The notes under the pieces: generated by a model | What the model was told of the DNA's origin: nothing | The model's database searches: none | What the model saw: the letters and a program-made list of their open reading frames with translations, nothing else | Assembly (NCBI GenBank): GCA_002269645.1 | Contig: NIVC01002055.1 | Coordinates: 1 to 64,000, forward strand | Length of the DNA: 64,000 nt | Direction: 5' to 3' | From: Macrostomum lignano | Taxonomy: Eukaryota | Part shown: positions 61,375-64,000 of the stretch, in pieces | Layout of the letters: each line of letters opens with the position of its first letter | How positions within the stretch are numbered: the first letter of the stretch is position 1 | Program-made: the position numbers and the translations under genes

Positions 61375-64000
61375 CAGAGTGGATTTACAGAGTGCTATTT
61401 TGGATTTACAGAACGCCATTTTGGATTTACAGAACGCCATTTTGGATTTACAGAGTGCCATTTTGGATTTACAGAATGCCATTTTGGATTTACAGAACGC
61501 CATTTTGGATTTACAGAGTGCCATTTTGGATTTACAGAGTGCCATTTTGGATTTACAGAGTGCCATATTGGATTTACAGAGTGCCATTTTGGATTTACAG
61601 AGTGCCATTTTGGATTTACAGAGTGCCATTTTGGATTTACAGAGTGCCATTTTGGATTTTCAGAGTGCCATATTGGATTTACAGAGTGCCATTTTGGATT
61701 TACAGAGTGCCATTTTGTATTTACAGAGTGCCATTTTGGATTTACAGAGTGCTATTTTGGATTTACACAACGCCATTTTGGATTTACAGAGTGCCATTTC
61801 GGATTTACAGAGCGCCATTTTGGATTTACAGAGTGCCCTTTTGGATTTTCAGAGTGCCCTTTTGGATTTACAGAGTGCCCTTTTGGATTTTCAGAGTGCC
61901 ATTTTGGATTTACAGAGTGTCCTTTTGGATTTTCAGAGTGCCATTTTGGATTTACAGAGTGCCCTTTTGGATTTTCAGAGTGCCATTTTGGATTTACAGA
62001 GTGCCATTTTGGATTTACAGAGTGCCATTTTGGATTTTCAGAGTGCCATTTTGGATTTACAGAGTGCCATATTGAATTTACAGAGTGCCATTTTGGATTT
62101 CAGAGTGCCATTTTGGATTTACAGAACGCCATTTTGGATTTACAGAGTGCCATTTTGGATTTACAGAGTGCCATTTTGGATTTACAGAGTGCCATATTGA
62201 ATTTACAGAGTGCCATTTTGGATTTACAGAGTGCCATTTTGATTGAATTTACAGAGTGCCATTTTGATTGGATTTACAGAGTGCCATTTTGATTGGATTT
62301 ACAGAGTGCCATTTTGGATTTACAGAGTGCCATTTTGATTGGATTTACAGAGTGCCATTTTGGATTTACAGAGTGCCATTTTGGATTTACAGAGTGCCAT
62401 TTTGGATTTACAGAGTGCCATTTTGGATTTACAGAGTGCCATATTGAATTTACAGAGTGCCATTTTGGATTTACAGAGTGCCATTTTGATTGGATTTACA
62501 GAGTGCCATTTTGGATTTCAGAGTGCCATTTTGGATTTACAGAACGCCATTTTGGATTTACAGAGTGCCATTTTGGATTTACAGAGTGCCATTTTGGATT
62601 TACAGAGTGCCATATTGAATTTACAGAGTGCCATTTTGGATTTACAGAGTGCCATTTTGATTGAATTTACAGAGTGCCATTTTGATTGGATTTACAGAGT
62701 GCCATTTTGATTGGATTTACAGAGTGCTATTTTGGATTTACAGAGTGCCTTTTTGGATTTACAGAACGCCATTTTGGATTTACAGAATGCCATATTGGAT
62801 TTACAGAGTGCTATTTTGGATTTACAGAGTGCCATTTTGGATTTTCAGAGTGCCATTTTGGATTTACAGAGTGCCTTTTTGGATTTACAGAACGCCATTT
62901 TGGATTTACAGAGTGCCATTTTGGATTTACAGAGTGCTATTTTGGATTTACAGAACGCCATTTTGGATTTACAGAACGCCATATTGGATTTACAGAGTGC
63001 TATTTTGGATTTACAGAGCGCCATTTTGGATTTACAGAGTGCCCTTTTGGATTTTCAGAGTGCCCTTTTGGATTTACAGAGTGCCCTTTTGGATTTTCAG
63101 AGTGCTATTTTGGATTTACAGAGTGCCCTTTTGGATTTTCAGAGTGCCATTTTGGATTTACAGAGTGCCCTTTTGGATTTTCAGAGTGCCATTTTGGATT
63201 TACAGAGTGCCCTTTTGGATTTTCAGAGTGCCATTTTGGATTTACAGAGTGCCATTTTGGATTTACAGAGTGCCATTTTGGATTTTCAGAGTGCCATTTT
63301 AGATTTACAGAGTGCCATATTGAATTTACAGAGTGCCATTTTGGATTTCAGAGTGCCATTTTGGATTTACAGAACGCCATTTTGGATTTACAGAGTGCCA
63401 TTTTGGATTTACAGAGTGCCATTTTGGATTTACAGAGTGCCATATTGAATTTACAGAGTGCCATTTTGGATTTACAGAGTGCCATTTTGATTGAATTTAC
63501 AGAGTGCCAATTTGATTGGATTTACAGAATGCCATTTTGATTGGATTTACAGAGTGCCATTTTGGATTTACAGAGTGCCATTTTGGATTTACAGAGTGCC
63601 ATTTTGGATTTACAGAGTGCCATATTGAATTTACAGAGTGCCATTTTGGATTTCAGAGTGCCATTTTGGATTTACAGAACGCCATTTTGGATTTACAGAG
63701 TGCCATTTTGGATTTACAGAGTGCCATTTTGGATTTACAGAGTGCCATATTGAATTTACAGAGTGCCATTTTGGATTTACAGAGTGCCATTTTGATTGAA
63801 TTTACAGAGTGCCATTTTGATTGGATTTACAGAGTGCCATTTTGATTGGATTTACAGAGTGCCATTTTGGATTTACAGAGTGCCATTTTGATTGGATTTA
63901 CAGAGTGCCATTTTGGATTTACAGAGTGCCATTTTGGATTTACAGAGTGCCATATTGAATTTACAGAGTGCCATTTTGGATTTACAGAGTGCCATTTTGA
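61375..64000. repeat. 21-bp minisatellite (TTTTGGATTTACAGAGTGCCA) with 20- and 25-bp variant units, runs off window
   Basis: More than 100 units with higher-order blocks. Confidence 0.95.

Overview
Animal genomic DNA with GC-rich exons, AT-rich introns and very dense micro/minisatellites. These traits and a flatworm-style orphan GPCR suggest a free-living flatworm such as Macrostomum, but that is inference. Six genes can be read on the minus strand: a complete 7-exon P2X receptor, an intronless rhodopsin-class GPCR, an unidentified low-complexity ORF, a complete 13-exon fibrillar collagen (collagen V/XI-like), a 12-13-exon divergent ionotropic glutamate-receptor-family gene and a 6-exon Pax3/7-like gene. 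A partial coiled-coil gene may lie on the plus strand at the left edge. Mobile DNA includes two tRNA-derived CORE(MIR-like)-SINEs, a fold-back MITE with an 8-bp target-site duplication and a short dispersed element in three copies. Best leads: the iGluR-like channel with a rewritten M3 gate (IYSGVLTSF instead of SYTANLAAF); intronic minisatellites whose invariant cores are transcription-factor or splice-donor consensus motifs; the MITE carrying a CLEAR/E-box plus CCAAT module; and a Pax3/7 with altered DNA-contacting residues. Exon boundaries were derived by hand from GT/AG sites and frame continuity; no database searches were run.
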